Source of the DNA: Bordetella parapertussis
Lineage (GTDB): Bacteria > Pseudomonadota > Gammaproteobacteria > Burkholderiales > SG8-41
DNA length: 64,000 bases
Direction: 5' to 3'
Assembly (NCBI GenBank): GCA_945906935.1
Contig: CAMDSO010000001.1
Span: 67,596 to 131,595 of the forward strand
Below are positions 39,030-47,347 of the stretch, piece by piece. The notes beneath the pieces are model-generated. The model saw only the letters and a list, made by a program, of their open reading frames with translations, did no database searches and had not been told where the DNA came from. The translations under genes were made by a program, and so were the position numbers. Within the stretch, counting starts at the first letter, position 1, and every line of letters begins with the position of its first letter.

Positions 39030-39700
39030 GGCACCACCCGATGATAAATATCGACCGGCTTGCGAAAACGGAAGCCCAGCGAAGAGTAGAGATTGATCAC
39101 CGCGATATTCACAAACGAAATCGAACTACGCACTTCCGTCTGCCCCGCGGCGAACAGGTGGCGGCAAACCGCGCTCCAAAAATACTTCGCCAGACCGCGG
39201 CCGCGGTGCGTCTCACCCATCGCATGCAACACCAGACTACCGCCATTATGCGCAATAAAACCCGCCACCGCGCCGCCATAGAACAAGCCGAAGACGCGGC
39301 CTTCGGCGTGCAATTGGCACAGCCAGTTTTCATAGCGACGGTCGGCGCGCGCGGCGGCTATATTGAAATCACGGTGAAAACGGCCGTGTAAAAAAGCGCT
39401 GCGGCAGATCGCCGCCAGCGGCTCAAGCGCGACCGTTTTGCTGAAAGTCACCTGCGGGTCGTCAAAGCAGGCGAGCTTGTCGGCGCTGCACCAGGGTTCG
39501 ATCAGCGTGTCGCAGTAGTAGAAGCCCGCCTCATGCAAGAACCGCTTATCGGCCAGCGGATCGACCTTGGCGGTGTAATGCCCGGGGCGCAGCAGTGCGG
39601 CGGCCACGGATTGTGGATCTGGATTGACGATCTCGTAACAATCGATGCCGAAGGCCGCGCCGTCCCACGGCACCGGCTTGATGGGCGCCGGCTCAGTCAT
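39026..39700 (-). CDS. wecD: GNAT acetyltransferase, WecD/RffC-like (dTDP-4-amino-4,6-dideoxyhexose N-acetyltransferase)
   Basis: Start chosen at MTEPAPIKP, giving 224 aa. The GNAT core reads HRGRGLAKYFW....NIAVINLYSSLGFRF. It is operonic with wecE. Confidence 0.68.
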   Translation of the reverse strand: MTEPAPIKPVPWDGAAFGIDCYEIVNPDPQSVAAALLRPGHYTAKVDPLADKRFLHEAGFYYCDTLIEPWCSADKLACFDDPQVTFSKTVALEPLAAICRSAFLHGRFHRDFNIAAARADRRYENWLCQLHAEGRVFGLFYGGAVAGFIAHNGGSLVLHAMGETHRGRGLAKYFWSAVCRHLFAAGQTEVRSSISFVNIAVINLYSSLGFRFRKPVDIYHRVVP

Positions 39701-40619
39701 CAAAAGTCGTATGGTTGATGACGTAGAGCGGGCGGCACTTGGTCTCGTCATAGGTCTTGCCGAGATAGATACCGAGGATGCCGAGTATCGCCACGATCAC
39801 CCCGCCCATGAAGTAAATCGACACGATCAGACTGCTCCAGCCGGTCACCGGCGAGCCGTGAAACAGCGCCAGGAAAAGTATATAGAGGCCGTATAAGAAC
39901 GCGCAGGTGGCAATGAAAAAACCAAGCCGCACAGCGATCCGCAGCGGCTTGTCGGAATACGCAATGATGGTTTCAGCACCCAGCCGCCACAGCTTGCCGA
40001 AGGTATAGCTCGAGTCGCCGGCAAAGCGCTCGTCATGCTGCACGTCTATGCTGGTAAACGGGAACCCCATCCAGTTGATGAGGCTGCCGAAAAACCGCGA
40101 GCGCTCGCGCATATTGCGGTAATTGTTGATGACCTTGCGCGACAGTATGCGGAAATTGCCGGCCTGCGGATCGTAGTTCATGTCGGCCAGCCAGCTAAAC
40201 ACGCTGTAGTAAAGCCATGAGGAAAAACGCTTGAGCAGCGGATCACTGCGCTTGCCGCGCCGCGCCACCACGATCTCGTGGCCTTCCTGCGCTTTCGCGT
40301 ACAAACGCGGAATCTCCTCGGGCCGGTCCTGCAGGTCGCAATCCATCACCACCACCCAGTCGCCATTGCAACGGTCGAGCCCGGCGGTAATGCCGTAATG
40401 CTGGCCGAAATTGCGGCTGAACTGTATGCCTTTGACCCGCGGATCACGTTGCGCCAGTTCGACGATCAGCGGCCACGAGCGATCACCACCGCAGTCTTCA
40501 ACCAGCATGATTTCGAAGTCGGCCGTCAGCGGCTCCAGTGCCGCCTTCAACCGACGATAGAGTTCCTCGAGGCAGGACTCGGCATGATAGACGGGAACGA
40601 CGACTGAAATATGGGCCAT
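39693..40619 (-). CDS. GT2 polyprenyl-phosphate glycosyltransferase (ArnC/GtrB/DPM1-like)
   Basis: Motifs include ISVVVPVYHAESCLEELYRRL, VEDCGGDRS, MDCDLQD and FRILSRKV. Two C-terminal TM helices are present, as in ArnC/GtrB. Confidence 0.88.
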   Translation of the reverse strand: MAHISVVVPVYHAESCLEELYRRLKAALEPLTADFEIMLVEDCGGDRSWPLIVELAQRDPRVKGIQFSRNFGQHYGITAGLDRCNGDWVVVMDCDLQDRPEEIPRLYAKAQEGHEIVVARRGKRSDPLLKRFSSWLYYSVFSWLADMNYDPQAGNFRILSRKVINNYRNMRERSRFFGSLINWMGFPFTSIDVQHDERFAGDSSYTFGKLWRLGAETIIAYSDKPLRIAVRLGFFIATCAFLYGLYILFLALFHGSPVTGWSSLIVSIYFMGGVIVAILGILGIYLGKTYDETKCRPLYVINHTTFDD

Positions 40620-40637
40620 GTCGATGACGCGATAATG

Positions 40638-42395
40638 CTACGCCTTGTCCTTTTCCTGCAGCTTGAACTGAATATTGTAGAGCCGCGCATAGATGCCACC
40701 CTGTGCCAGCAACGCGGCATGGTCGCCAGTCTCGGCAATCCGACCGCCATCGAGCACGACAATGCGTCCGGCTTTTTCAATGGTCGACAGGCGGTGTGCG
40801 ATGACGATGGTGGTGCGCCCCTGCATCAGCATGTCGAGTGCTGCCTGCACGTGGCGTTCTGATTCGGAATCGAGCGCCGAGGTCGCCTCGTCGAGTATCA
40901 GCACCGGCGCGTTTTTCAGCAGGGCGCGCGCAATCGCCAAACGTTGACGCTGCCCGCCGGAGAGCTTGACACCGTTCTCACCGACCGTGGTTTGCAAACC
41001 CTGCGGCATCTGGCGGATGAATTCCATCGCGTGCGCAGCCTCCGCCGCCGCCACGATCTCCGCTTCACCAGTGTCACGCATCACGCCATAGGCGATGTTG
41101 GCGGCGACGCTATCATTGAAGAGCACCACATCCTGGCTCACCAAGGCAATATTGGCGCGCAAACTCTCCAAGGTCAGTGTTTCCACGTCGACGCCGTCGA
41201 GCAATATGCGTCCGGCAGTCGGGCGGTAAAAATGCGGCACCAGATTAGCCAGTGTGGTCTTGCCGCTGCCAGAACTGCCGACCAGGGCTACCGTCTCGCC
41301 CGGATTGATGTTGAGCGAAATGCCGTCGAGCGCCAGACGCTCGGGCACGCCGTAATGAAAACTGACATTCTCGAAACGGATGTCGCCGCGGGCACGCGCA
41401 ATTGAGGTGACGCCAGGGTCTTTTTCTCCGGCTTGCTCGATCAACTTAAACACCGATTCAGCCGCGGCCAAACCACGCTGCAATGGCTCGGTAACGCCGG
41501 TAATACGCTTGAGCGGGGACGTCAGCATCAACATCGCCGTAATGAAGGACACGAATTCGCCCACCGTGGCGCGGTTGCCGCCGGCCTGACCGGTGGCGAA
41601 ATAAATGATGGCGGCGAGCGCAATACCGGCGAGCAACTGCACCAGCGGCACGCTGGCCGCCGCCGCCGCGGTCTGCTTCATCATCGATGCGCGCACGCTT
41701 TCGGTCTTCTCGGCAAAGCGCATCGCTTCGTAACGCTGCCCGCCGAACAGTTTGACCACCTTGTGACCTTCGATGGCCTCCTGCAGCACCTGCGTCACAT
41801 CCCCCATCGCCGCCTGTACGGAGCGGCTGGAGGTGCGCAGGCGGATACTCGCCATACGCACGACGCCGACAATCAGCGGCGCTATCACCAGCGCCAACAG
41901 GGTGAGCTTCCAGTTGAGCCACAACATCCACGCCAGCAATCCGATCAGCGCCACGGCATCGCGAAAAATCACTGTCAGCACGCTGGTCGCCGCCGCCGTC
42001 ACCTGGGTAACGTCAAAGGTCAGTTTGGAGATCAGGTTGCCGCTGGCCTGATCATCATAATGCGCGGCCGGCAGCGTCAGCAGTTTGTCGAACATGACGC
42101 GGCGCAAATCCATAACGAGGCGGTTGCCGACCCAGTTGATCGAATAAGTGCCCATATATTCGGCACCGCCGCGCACCACAATCAATGCGAGGATATAGAG
42201 CGGCATCCGGTGCACCAGCGTTTCATCGCGGTTAACAAAAGTGCCGTCGAGCAGTGGCTGCAGCAGCGCCGGCAAAGCCGGTTCGGTCAACGCAACAATC
42301 ACCATGCCGAGCAGGGCCATCGCAAAAACACGCCAATAGGGCATAACGTAGCGCAACAGGCGCACGTAGAGTTCAGAACTGGTCATATTTCGCAT
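40638..42395 (-). CDS. msbA: Lipid A-core flippase ABC transporter (permease-ATPase fusion)
   Basis: It has a six-TM N-terminal domain. Walker A is GSSGSGKTT, the signature is LSGGQRQR and Walker B is ILILDEATSALD. The start is either MRNMTSSELY (42395) or MTSSELY (42386). The longer ORF start at 42443 lies inside a terminator hairpin. Confidence 0.88.
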   Translation of the reverse strand: MRNMTSSELYVRLLRYVMPYWRVFAMALLGMVIVALTEPALPALLQPLLDGTFVNRDETLVHRMPLYILALIVVRGGAEYMGTYSINWVGNRLVMDLRRVMFDKLLTLPAAHYDDQASGNLISKLTFDVTQVTAAATSVLTVIFRDAVALIGLLAWMLWLNWKLTLLALVIAPLIVGVVRMASIRLRTSSRSVQAAMGDVTQVLQEAIEGHKVVKLFGGQRYEAMRFAEKTESVRASMMKQTAAAAASVPLVQLLAGIALAAIIYFATGQAGGNRATVGEFVSFITAMLMLTSPLKRITGVTEPLQRGLAAAESVFKLIEQAGEKDPGVTSIARARGDIRFENVSFHYGVPERLALDGISLNINPGETVALVGSSGSGKTTLANLVPHFYRPTAGRILLDGVDVETLTLESLRANIALVSQDVVLFNDSVAANIAYGVMRDTGEAEIVAAAEAAHAMEFIRQMPQGLQTTVGENGVKLSGGQRQRLAIARALLKNAPVLILDEATSALDSESERHVQAALDMLMQGRTTIVIAHRLSTIEKAGRIVVLDGGRIAETGDHAALLAQGGIYARLYNIQFKLQEKDKA

Positions 42396-42423
42396 GGGCA
42401 CCACAATAACAAAATTGCCCTCT

Positions 42424-42460
42424 AAAAGAAAACGCCGCCGCACTTGCGTGGGGCGGCGTT
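42424..42460 (-). terminator. Rho-independent terminator after the TonB-dependent receptor gene
   Basis: The minus strand reads AACGCCGCC-ccacgcaagtgc-GGCGGCGTT followed by TTCTTTT. That is a 9-bp GC stem plus a U-tract. Confidence 0.65.
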
Positions 42461-42477
42461 ACTTAAAAGCTTAAGCG

Positions 42478-44343
42478 CTATTTTGTTTGGTAGGCCAGCC
42501 AAACAAAGAAGTTACTCCGCGGGGTGTTATAAAACTGTGCCAGCTCATATTGGCGGTCGAAAACGTTGTTCAGGCGCCCATTAATAGACCAGTCTTTTGA
42601 TACGGCATAGCCTGCCGTCAGGTTAACCAGGCCATAGCCATGCATCTTCGACGCCGCCGCCTCTGTCGTGGAGTCGTAGCGATAACCACTGCCGGCAACC
42701 TCGGCACCAATACTCCATGGACCAATACGTCGTTTGGCGACGAGGCTGCCGAATTGGTTGGCACGACGACGAAGCATTAGGTTATTAGCTTCGTTACGGG
42801 CTTCCTGGATGGTCGCTTTTACCTGTAACTGCCACTCCGCCCACTGGCCTGAATAAGAGAATTCATAGCCTTTGATTTTGGCGTTATCCAGATTAATGGT
42901 TGTTGAATCAAACGTAACCGGATCGGTATAGATCGTGATCAGATCGGCTATTTTGTTTTCAAACGCTGTCACGGCAAACGTCTGGTTAGAAAACTTCAGA
43001 TCCGCACCGATCTCTCGGCTACGTGAGCGCTCCGGACGCACATTGGGATTTTGTATCCATTGCAATCCGGGGTTAGTCGGAAAATACAAGTCGTTAAAAC
43101 TCGGCGCACGAAAAGCGGTGCCAGCGGATGCCCTGACTTTGATGACCGGAGCGAACTGGTAGCTATAACCAATCGCCCCGGTATTGTGCAGGCCATACTG
43201 GTTACTATCATCGCGGCGGCCATTAACCTGAAAACCGTTTTTGCCGATCGCCCCATGATAGCCACCAAATGCGCTGACTGTATCTCGGTTATTTTTGGTG
43301 TACTGGGTTGAGTCGCTCGCCACCCGTTGCGCGAGATAGTCCATCCCCGCCAGCAAAGTACCGCTTTCGAACTGAATATCGTTTTGCCAGGTGGCCTGAT
43401 GCTGGTCCGTCTGGAAGTAACTCGGAAATGCGCCGGTTGTCGCCAAAATATCCCGCGTGGTGCCCAGCCTAAACAAGCTGTTCCACTGTGTGGTGAGACG
43501 ATTTCGGCTGTAGCCGGAAAAAGCATTCAGCGTTTGTCGATTGACATCATCGGTGGTCGGTCCCAGGTCCAAGTGGGTCACCCCTTCACTCTGAAAAAGG
43601 GTTAACCCGACTTCATTTGCGCTATTGATGTGCTGAACAATACGCCCGGAGAAATTAGAGTTGCGGTAGGCCTCATTGCCGGCCTTATATTGATTGAATG
43701 GGATCTCGGGGCGCGTCGTATTGAACCCCCTGCTTTCGAGCGTGCCAATACTAAAATTGATTTCGGTATCCTCTACGCGACGTCCGAATGCATAGCTCGC
43801 CTCTCGCGTACCATAAGTCCCGGCGCCGATCTTCGCGGTTGTTCCAAGGCCGGATTTTGTAAAAATCTGAATCACCCCGCCTATCGCGCCCGAACCATAC
43901 AAGCCGCTGAGGGCTCCAGCTACAATTTCGATCCGCTCAATCTGGGCAAGCGGAATATTTTCAAATGCCACCGAACCGTCAGTGGCTGACCCCAGCCGCA
44001 AACCATCAACCAGCACGACGGTATGCCCCCCTTGTGTACCGCGAATCGACACCGCAACTGGCTGCCCCATACCCGAGCTGGTTACTGCCACGCCGCCTTG
44101 CATCTGAAGCAGTTCGGCCAGCGTTTGCTGACCACTACGTGCAATATCTTCGGCCGTGATCACCGTGACGTTCTGGTTGATCGTCGAGCGCTTTTCGGGG
44201 ATGCGGGTCGCCGTGACAACCACTTCGTCGACCATCGCGACCTGCAACGGTGATTGCGCCCATGCGCGCGAAAAAACAATACACATCCCGACAGCCGATA
44301 CCCCGGCCACCAGTCTCCTACGGACTACCTGGTTGAACAACAT
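42478..44343 (-). CDS. btuB: TonB-dependent outer membrane receptor, BtuB-like (cobalamin/corrinoid)
   Basis: Start chosen at MLFNQVVRRRLVAGVSAVGMCIVFSRAWA (signal peptide). The TonB box is DEVVVTATR and the plug reads IERIEIVAGALSGLYGSGAIGGVIQI. It ends in a C-terminal aromatic beta-strand. A cobalamin riboswitch lies upstream. Confidence 0.88.
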   Translation of the reverse strand: MLFNQVVRRRLVAGVSAVGMCIVFSRAWAQSPLQVAMVDEVVVTATRIPEKRSTINQNVTVITAEDIARSGQQTLAELLQMQGGVAVTSSGMGQPVAVSIRGTQGGHTVVLVDGLRLGSATDGSVAFENIPLAQIERIEIVAGALSGLYGSGAIGGVIQIFTKSGLGTTAKIGAGTYGTREASYAFGRRVEDTEINFSIGTLESRGFNTTRPEIPFNQYKAGNEAYRNSNFSGRIVQHINSANEVGLTLFQSEGVTHLDLGPTTDDVNRQTLNAFSGYSRNRLTTQWNSLFRLGTTRDILATTGAFPSYFQTDQHQATWQNDIQFESGTLLAGMDYLAQRVASDSTQYTKNNRDTVSAFGGYHGAIGKNGFQVNGRRDDSNQYGLHNTGAIGYSYQFAPVIKVRASAGTAFRAPSFNDLYFPTNPGLQWIQNPNVRPERSRSREIGADLKFSNQTFAVTAFENKIADLITIYTDPVTFDSTTINLDNAKIKGYEFSYSGQWAEWQLQVKATIQEARNEANNLMLRRRANQFGSLVAKRRIGPWSIGAEVAGSGYRYDSTTEAAASKMHGYGLVNLTAGYAVSKDWSINGRLNNVFDRQYELAQFYNTPRSNFFVWLAYQTK

Positions 44344-44489
44344 GACATTCCCTTTGATTAACGCACGCCCTCCGCGTACGGATTGATCGCACGAGAAAAT
44401 GCATAGGGAATTGATTCGGATCGCCACTGGCACCTGAACACCGCATCCCCGCAGCATTTCCTCACCTGTGGTTCGAGGCCGGTCTACGG

Positions 44490-44690
44490 GCTGGCGAGAT
44501 TTGACGCGCCGCCTTCCCGGGCTTTGCAGGCCCAGTGGCTATGTGGCGCGCCCACGCTCGATCACCGTTGCGGGGGCAGCACAAGAATAGGCGGCAAAAC
44601 CCGGATCAAGATCCGCATTTCACCCGCCGCACTTGTTTCCCGATTATCCCTTGCCGAGGAATTCGGCATGGGCACCTGGAACCTTGTCAC
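44490..44690 (-). promoter_or_regulatory. Cobalamin (B12) riboswitch
   Basis: The minus strand contains ...aggtgcc...GGGAtaatcGGGAAacaagtgcggcGGGTGAAAtgc...GCTGCCCCCGCAACGGTGA...AGCCACTGGGcctgcaaagCCCGGGAAGGC... These are the conserved blocks of RF00174-type elements. It lies in the 5' leader of the btuB-like gene. Confidence 0.85.
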
Positions 44691-44917
44691 CGCCCAACTG
44701 CATTGGGCAACGACCGCCGCAGTCTAACCGAAGCGGCTGCAACGCGGTTGCCGCATATCAAATGAATCGCCGGAAAAGCTGTCGGCCGAACGCACCAACA
44801 GCGTCGCAGATTTACGACACTGAGGCGAGTTTCCACCGCCTGGATCGGCACGAAGTGGTGGCTTACTCGGGTCGCGAGTTATAATATCAAAACACACTCA
44901 ATAGATTTCGTTACATA

Positions 44918-44947
44918 TTGACTTAACAGGTTTTTAAAAACTATAGT
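44918..44947 (+). promoter_or_regulatory. Putative sigma70 promoter (TTGACT, 18-nt spacer, TATAGT)
   Basis: Hexamers read directly from an AT-rich stretch. The -10 ends 7 nt before the ATG at 44955. Confidence 0.35.
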
Positions 44948-44954
44948 GTGGCCT

Positions 44955-45155
44955 ATGGAAGCTGAATTGCGCACGCTCGAAGACAAGGTTGATCAAGTCG
45001 CGGCACTCTGCCAGCGGCTGCGTGCGGATAATCACGATCTGCGCCAGCAACTTGCCACCGCCTTGCATGAGAAAAAACAGCTGGCCGAAAAAATGGGCGC
45101 GGCGTCGGCTCGCTTGGAAGCGCTGTTGACACAAATTCCTGCCGACGAAGCATGA
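44955..45155 (+). CDS. Small coiled-coil protein upstream of zapA (ZapB-like / TIGR02449-type)
   Basis: It is 66 aa and fully heptad-like (MEAELRTLEDKVDQVAALCQRLRADNHDLRQQL...). Its stop is in an ATGA overlap with the zapA start. Confidence 0.6.
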   Translation: MEAELRTLEDKVDQVAALCQRLRADNHDLRQQLATALHEKKQLAEKMGAASARLEALLTQIPADEA

Positions 45156-45460
45156 GCGCCGAACCCACGGGCATGCAAATCAGCATCATGGGACGCGAAT
45201 TTCGCGTTGCCTGCGCGCCGGAAGAACAGAAATCGCTGCAAGAGGCGGTCGATTACCTCAATCGCAAAATGCAGGACATCAAGGATCAAGGTAAGGTTAA
45301 CGGCATCGACCGTATCGCCATCATGGCGGCCCTGAACATATCACATGAGTTCCTGACGGCGCGGTTCGGTGGCTCGGATGTCTCGGAATACAAGCGTAGA
45401 ATGAATCAAATCGGTATGACCCTCGATCAGGCCATGGCCGATCAGGAAAAATTGTTTTAG
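45152..45460 (+). CDS. zapA: Cell division protein ZapA
   Basis: The segment ISIMGREFRVACAPEEQKSLQEAVDYLNRKMQDIK...RIAIMAALNISHEF is typical of ZapA. It is 102 aa and is followed by 6S RNA, as in many proteobacteria. Confidence 0.88.
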   Translation: MSAEPTGMQISIMGREFRVACAPEEQKSLQEAVDYLNRKMQDIKDQGKVNGIDRIAIMAALNISHEFLTARFGGSDVSEYKRRMNQIGMTLDQAMADQEKLF

Positions 45461-45508
45461 CAGTAACCACTATCAAGCCGGCGGCGATGTCTGCGGTCCG
45501 GCGTAACG

Positions 45509-45690
45509 TAATCCCCTGCGGTGTTCGTCAGAGCCTTTAATTCTTTGAACCGATAATTTGCTAACTGGTTGCGGACCTCAGCGGTGCTGTTGTGAACTTC
45601 CCTCGCGGAAGAGCCTGATGCGCCCGGAAAGCGACCCCTTGAACCTTCGGTTCAGGAAGCGGGCTCAACGGCATCTGCGGGGGACCTCAT
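45509..45690 (+). ncRNA. ssrS: 6S RNA
   Basis: It occupies the conserved position 3' of zapA. The 5' arm atcccctgcggtgttcgtcagagcc can pair with the 3' arm ggctcaacggcatctgcgggggac. The segment cccttgaaccttcggttcaggaagc resembles the E. coli ccuugaaccaaggguucaaggg region. The ends are approximate. Confidence 0.8.
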
Positions 45691-45694
45691 TAGG

Positions 45695-45719
45695 ATGCGG
45701 CATGCGCCGCATTTTTTTT
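45695..45719 (+). terminator. Rho-independent terminator of 6S RNA
   Basis: The stem is tgcggc-atgc-gccgca, followed by T8. Confidence 0.8.
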
Positions 45720-45774
45720 GTGGATTTTTTGCGTATTTTTTGTTGATCTAACAACGCGAAACCAAGGAAACCCC

Positions 45775-46230
45775 ATGCGTTACTGGCTGATGAAATCAGA
45801 GCCGTCAGAATTCAGCATCGATGATTTTGCCGGTGCCCCTGGCAAATCAACTTCGTGGTTCGGCGTACGCAACTATATGGCGCGTAACTTCATGCGCGAC
45901 CAGATGCAGCTTGGCGATCAGGCGTTCTTTTATCATTCGAGCTGCGCAGTACCGGGCATCGCCGGCATCGTCGAAATCTGCAAGCTCGCCCATCCCGACC
46001 TCACCCAATTCGACCCGGAAGGCAAATACTTCGACCCCAAAGCCACCGCAGAAAAACCGCGCTGGTTCAATGTCGACGTCAAGCTGGTGAAAAAAACCCG
46101 TCTGCTGCCACTGTCCGAACTGCGCGCGCAACCCAAACTCGCCGGTATGCAGATCCTGCAACGCGGCAACCGGCTATCGATCACGCCGGTCGACGCGGCT
46201 GACTGGAAACTCATCAAGGGCCTGCTCTGA
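45775..46230 (+). CDS. EVE (PUA-like) domain protein
   Basis: It begins MRYWLMKSEPSEFSIDDF and contains WFGVRNYMARNFMRDQMQLGDQAFFYHS. AAGGAAA lies 6 nt upstream of the start. It is 151 aa. Confidence 0.85.
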   Translation: MRYWLMKSEPSEFSIDDFAGAPGKSTSWFGVRNYMARNFMRDQMQLGDQAFFYHSSCAVPGIAGIVEICKLAHPDLTQFDPEGKYFDPKATAEKPRWFNVDVKLVKKTRLLPLSELRAQPKLAGMQILQRGNRLSITPVDAADWKLIKGLL

Positions 46231-46294
46231 ACACGGCGTCACGTTCCGCCTTCATCTCCCCGCGATAAACCATTCCCAACCAAGGACCCCCACC

Positions 46295-47290
46295 ATGGCC
46301 ATCCCAAGAACCATCGACACCCACGCCCATTACTTCCCTGAGTCCTATATCAAGCTGATCGCCGAACACGGCAAACGCGTCGGCACTACCGTCACCACCG
46401 ACGACAAGGGCATCACCTTCATCCAGGTCGGCCTGCATCTGCGCACCGGCCCGATCACGCGCCTGTTCATTGATCTCGATGCGCGCATTGCGGACATGGA
46501 CCGGCGCGGCGTCGGCATGCACGCGCTATCGCTAACCCAGCCAATGGTCTACTGGGCCTATGACGAACTGGCCGCCGAGCTGTGCCGCGCGTTTAACGAC
46601 TCGATCAGCGCCGCCCACCTCGCGCATCCCGACCGCTTCATTGGCTTTGCCTGTTTGCCGTTTCAAAATGCGCAGCTCGCCCTCGAAGAAATCGAACGCG
46701 CCGCCAAGCTGCCCGGCGTCAAGGGCGTCTACATGGCCACTGCCGTACGCGACAAGGAACTCTCCGACCCGAGCTTCTTCCCGGTCTACGAGCGCATCGC
46801 CGAACTCGGACTGCCAATCTTCCTGCACCCGATGATGATCAACAACGAGCGCTTGAAGCAGTTCTATCTGATCAACCTCTGCGGCAATCCGTTCGACACC
46901 GCCATCGCCGCCTCGCACCTGATCTTCGGCGGCGTGCTCGACGCCTTCCCGACACTCGAAGTCAGCCTGCCGCACGCCGGCGGTGTGCTGCCGATTCTGC
47001 GCGGCCGTCTCGATCGCGGCTTTCATGTGCGCAGCGAATGCAAAACGATTCCACGCCCGCCCAGCGAATATTTGAAGCGCTTCACCTATGACACCATCAG
47101 CTACAACGAAGACCTGATGGACGATCTGATCAAGCTCGTCGGCATTGATCGCATCATGATGGGCAGCGATTTCTGCTTCGACATCGCCTACGAAGAACCG
47201 GTCAAATTTGTCAACGGCATGAAGTCACTGGACGACGTGCAGCGCGAAAAAATTCTCTGGGGCAACGCGGCGCGTTATCTCAAGCTCTAA
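46295..47290 (+). CDS. Amidohydrolase_2 family protein (ACMSD/gamma-resorcylate decarboxylase-like)
   Basis: It has IDTHAHYFPESY (HxH metal site) and MMGSDFCFD (C-terminal Asp). Confidence 0.82.
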   Translation: MAIPRTIDTHAHYFPESYIKLIAEHGKRVGTTVTTDDKGITFIQVGLHLRTGPITRLFIDLDARIADMDRRGVGMHALSLTQPMVYWAYDELAAELCRAFNDSISAAHLAHPDRFIGFACLPFQNAQLALEEIERAAKLPGVKGVYMATAVRDKELSDPSFFPVYERIAELGLPIFLHPMMINNERLKQFYLINLCGNPFDTAIAASHLIFGGVLDAFPTLEVSLPHAGGVLPILRGRLDRGFHVRSECKTIPRPPSEYLKRFTYDTISYNEDLMDDLIKLVGIDRIMMGSDFCFDIAYEEPVKFVNGMKSLDDVQREKILWGNAARYLKL

Positions 47291-47307
47291 GCCGGTTCAA
47301 TATTGAA

Positions 47308-47338
47308 ACGCGCCGCCGGCGATCTGCGGGCGGCGCGT
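47308..47338. terminator. GC-rich hairpin between convergent genes (candidate bidirectional terminator)
   Basis: The stem is acgcgccgcc-(11 nt)-ggcggcgcgt, a 10-bp perfect stem. There is only a weak U-tract (tttcaat) on the minus-strand side. Confidence 0.45.
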
Positions 47339-47347
47339 CAGACGCGC

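Noticed and set aside
41433-42425. 330-aa plus-strand ORF
   Set aside because: It is an antisense shadow of msbA. It has His/Arg/Gln-rich composition and no recognisable domain.
42396-42443. Longer msbA start (MRRRFLLEGNFVIVVP...) given by the ORF track
   Set aside because: The extension overlaps the upstream terminator hairpin and is not MsbA-like. An internal Met at 42395 or 42386 gives a protein of canonical length.
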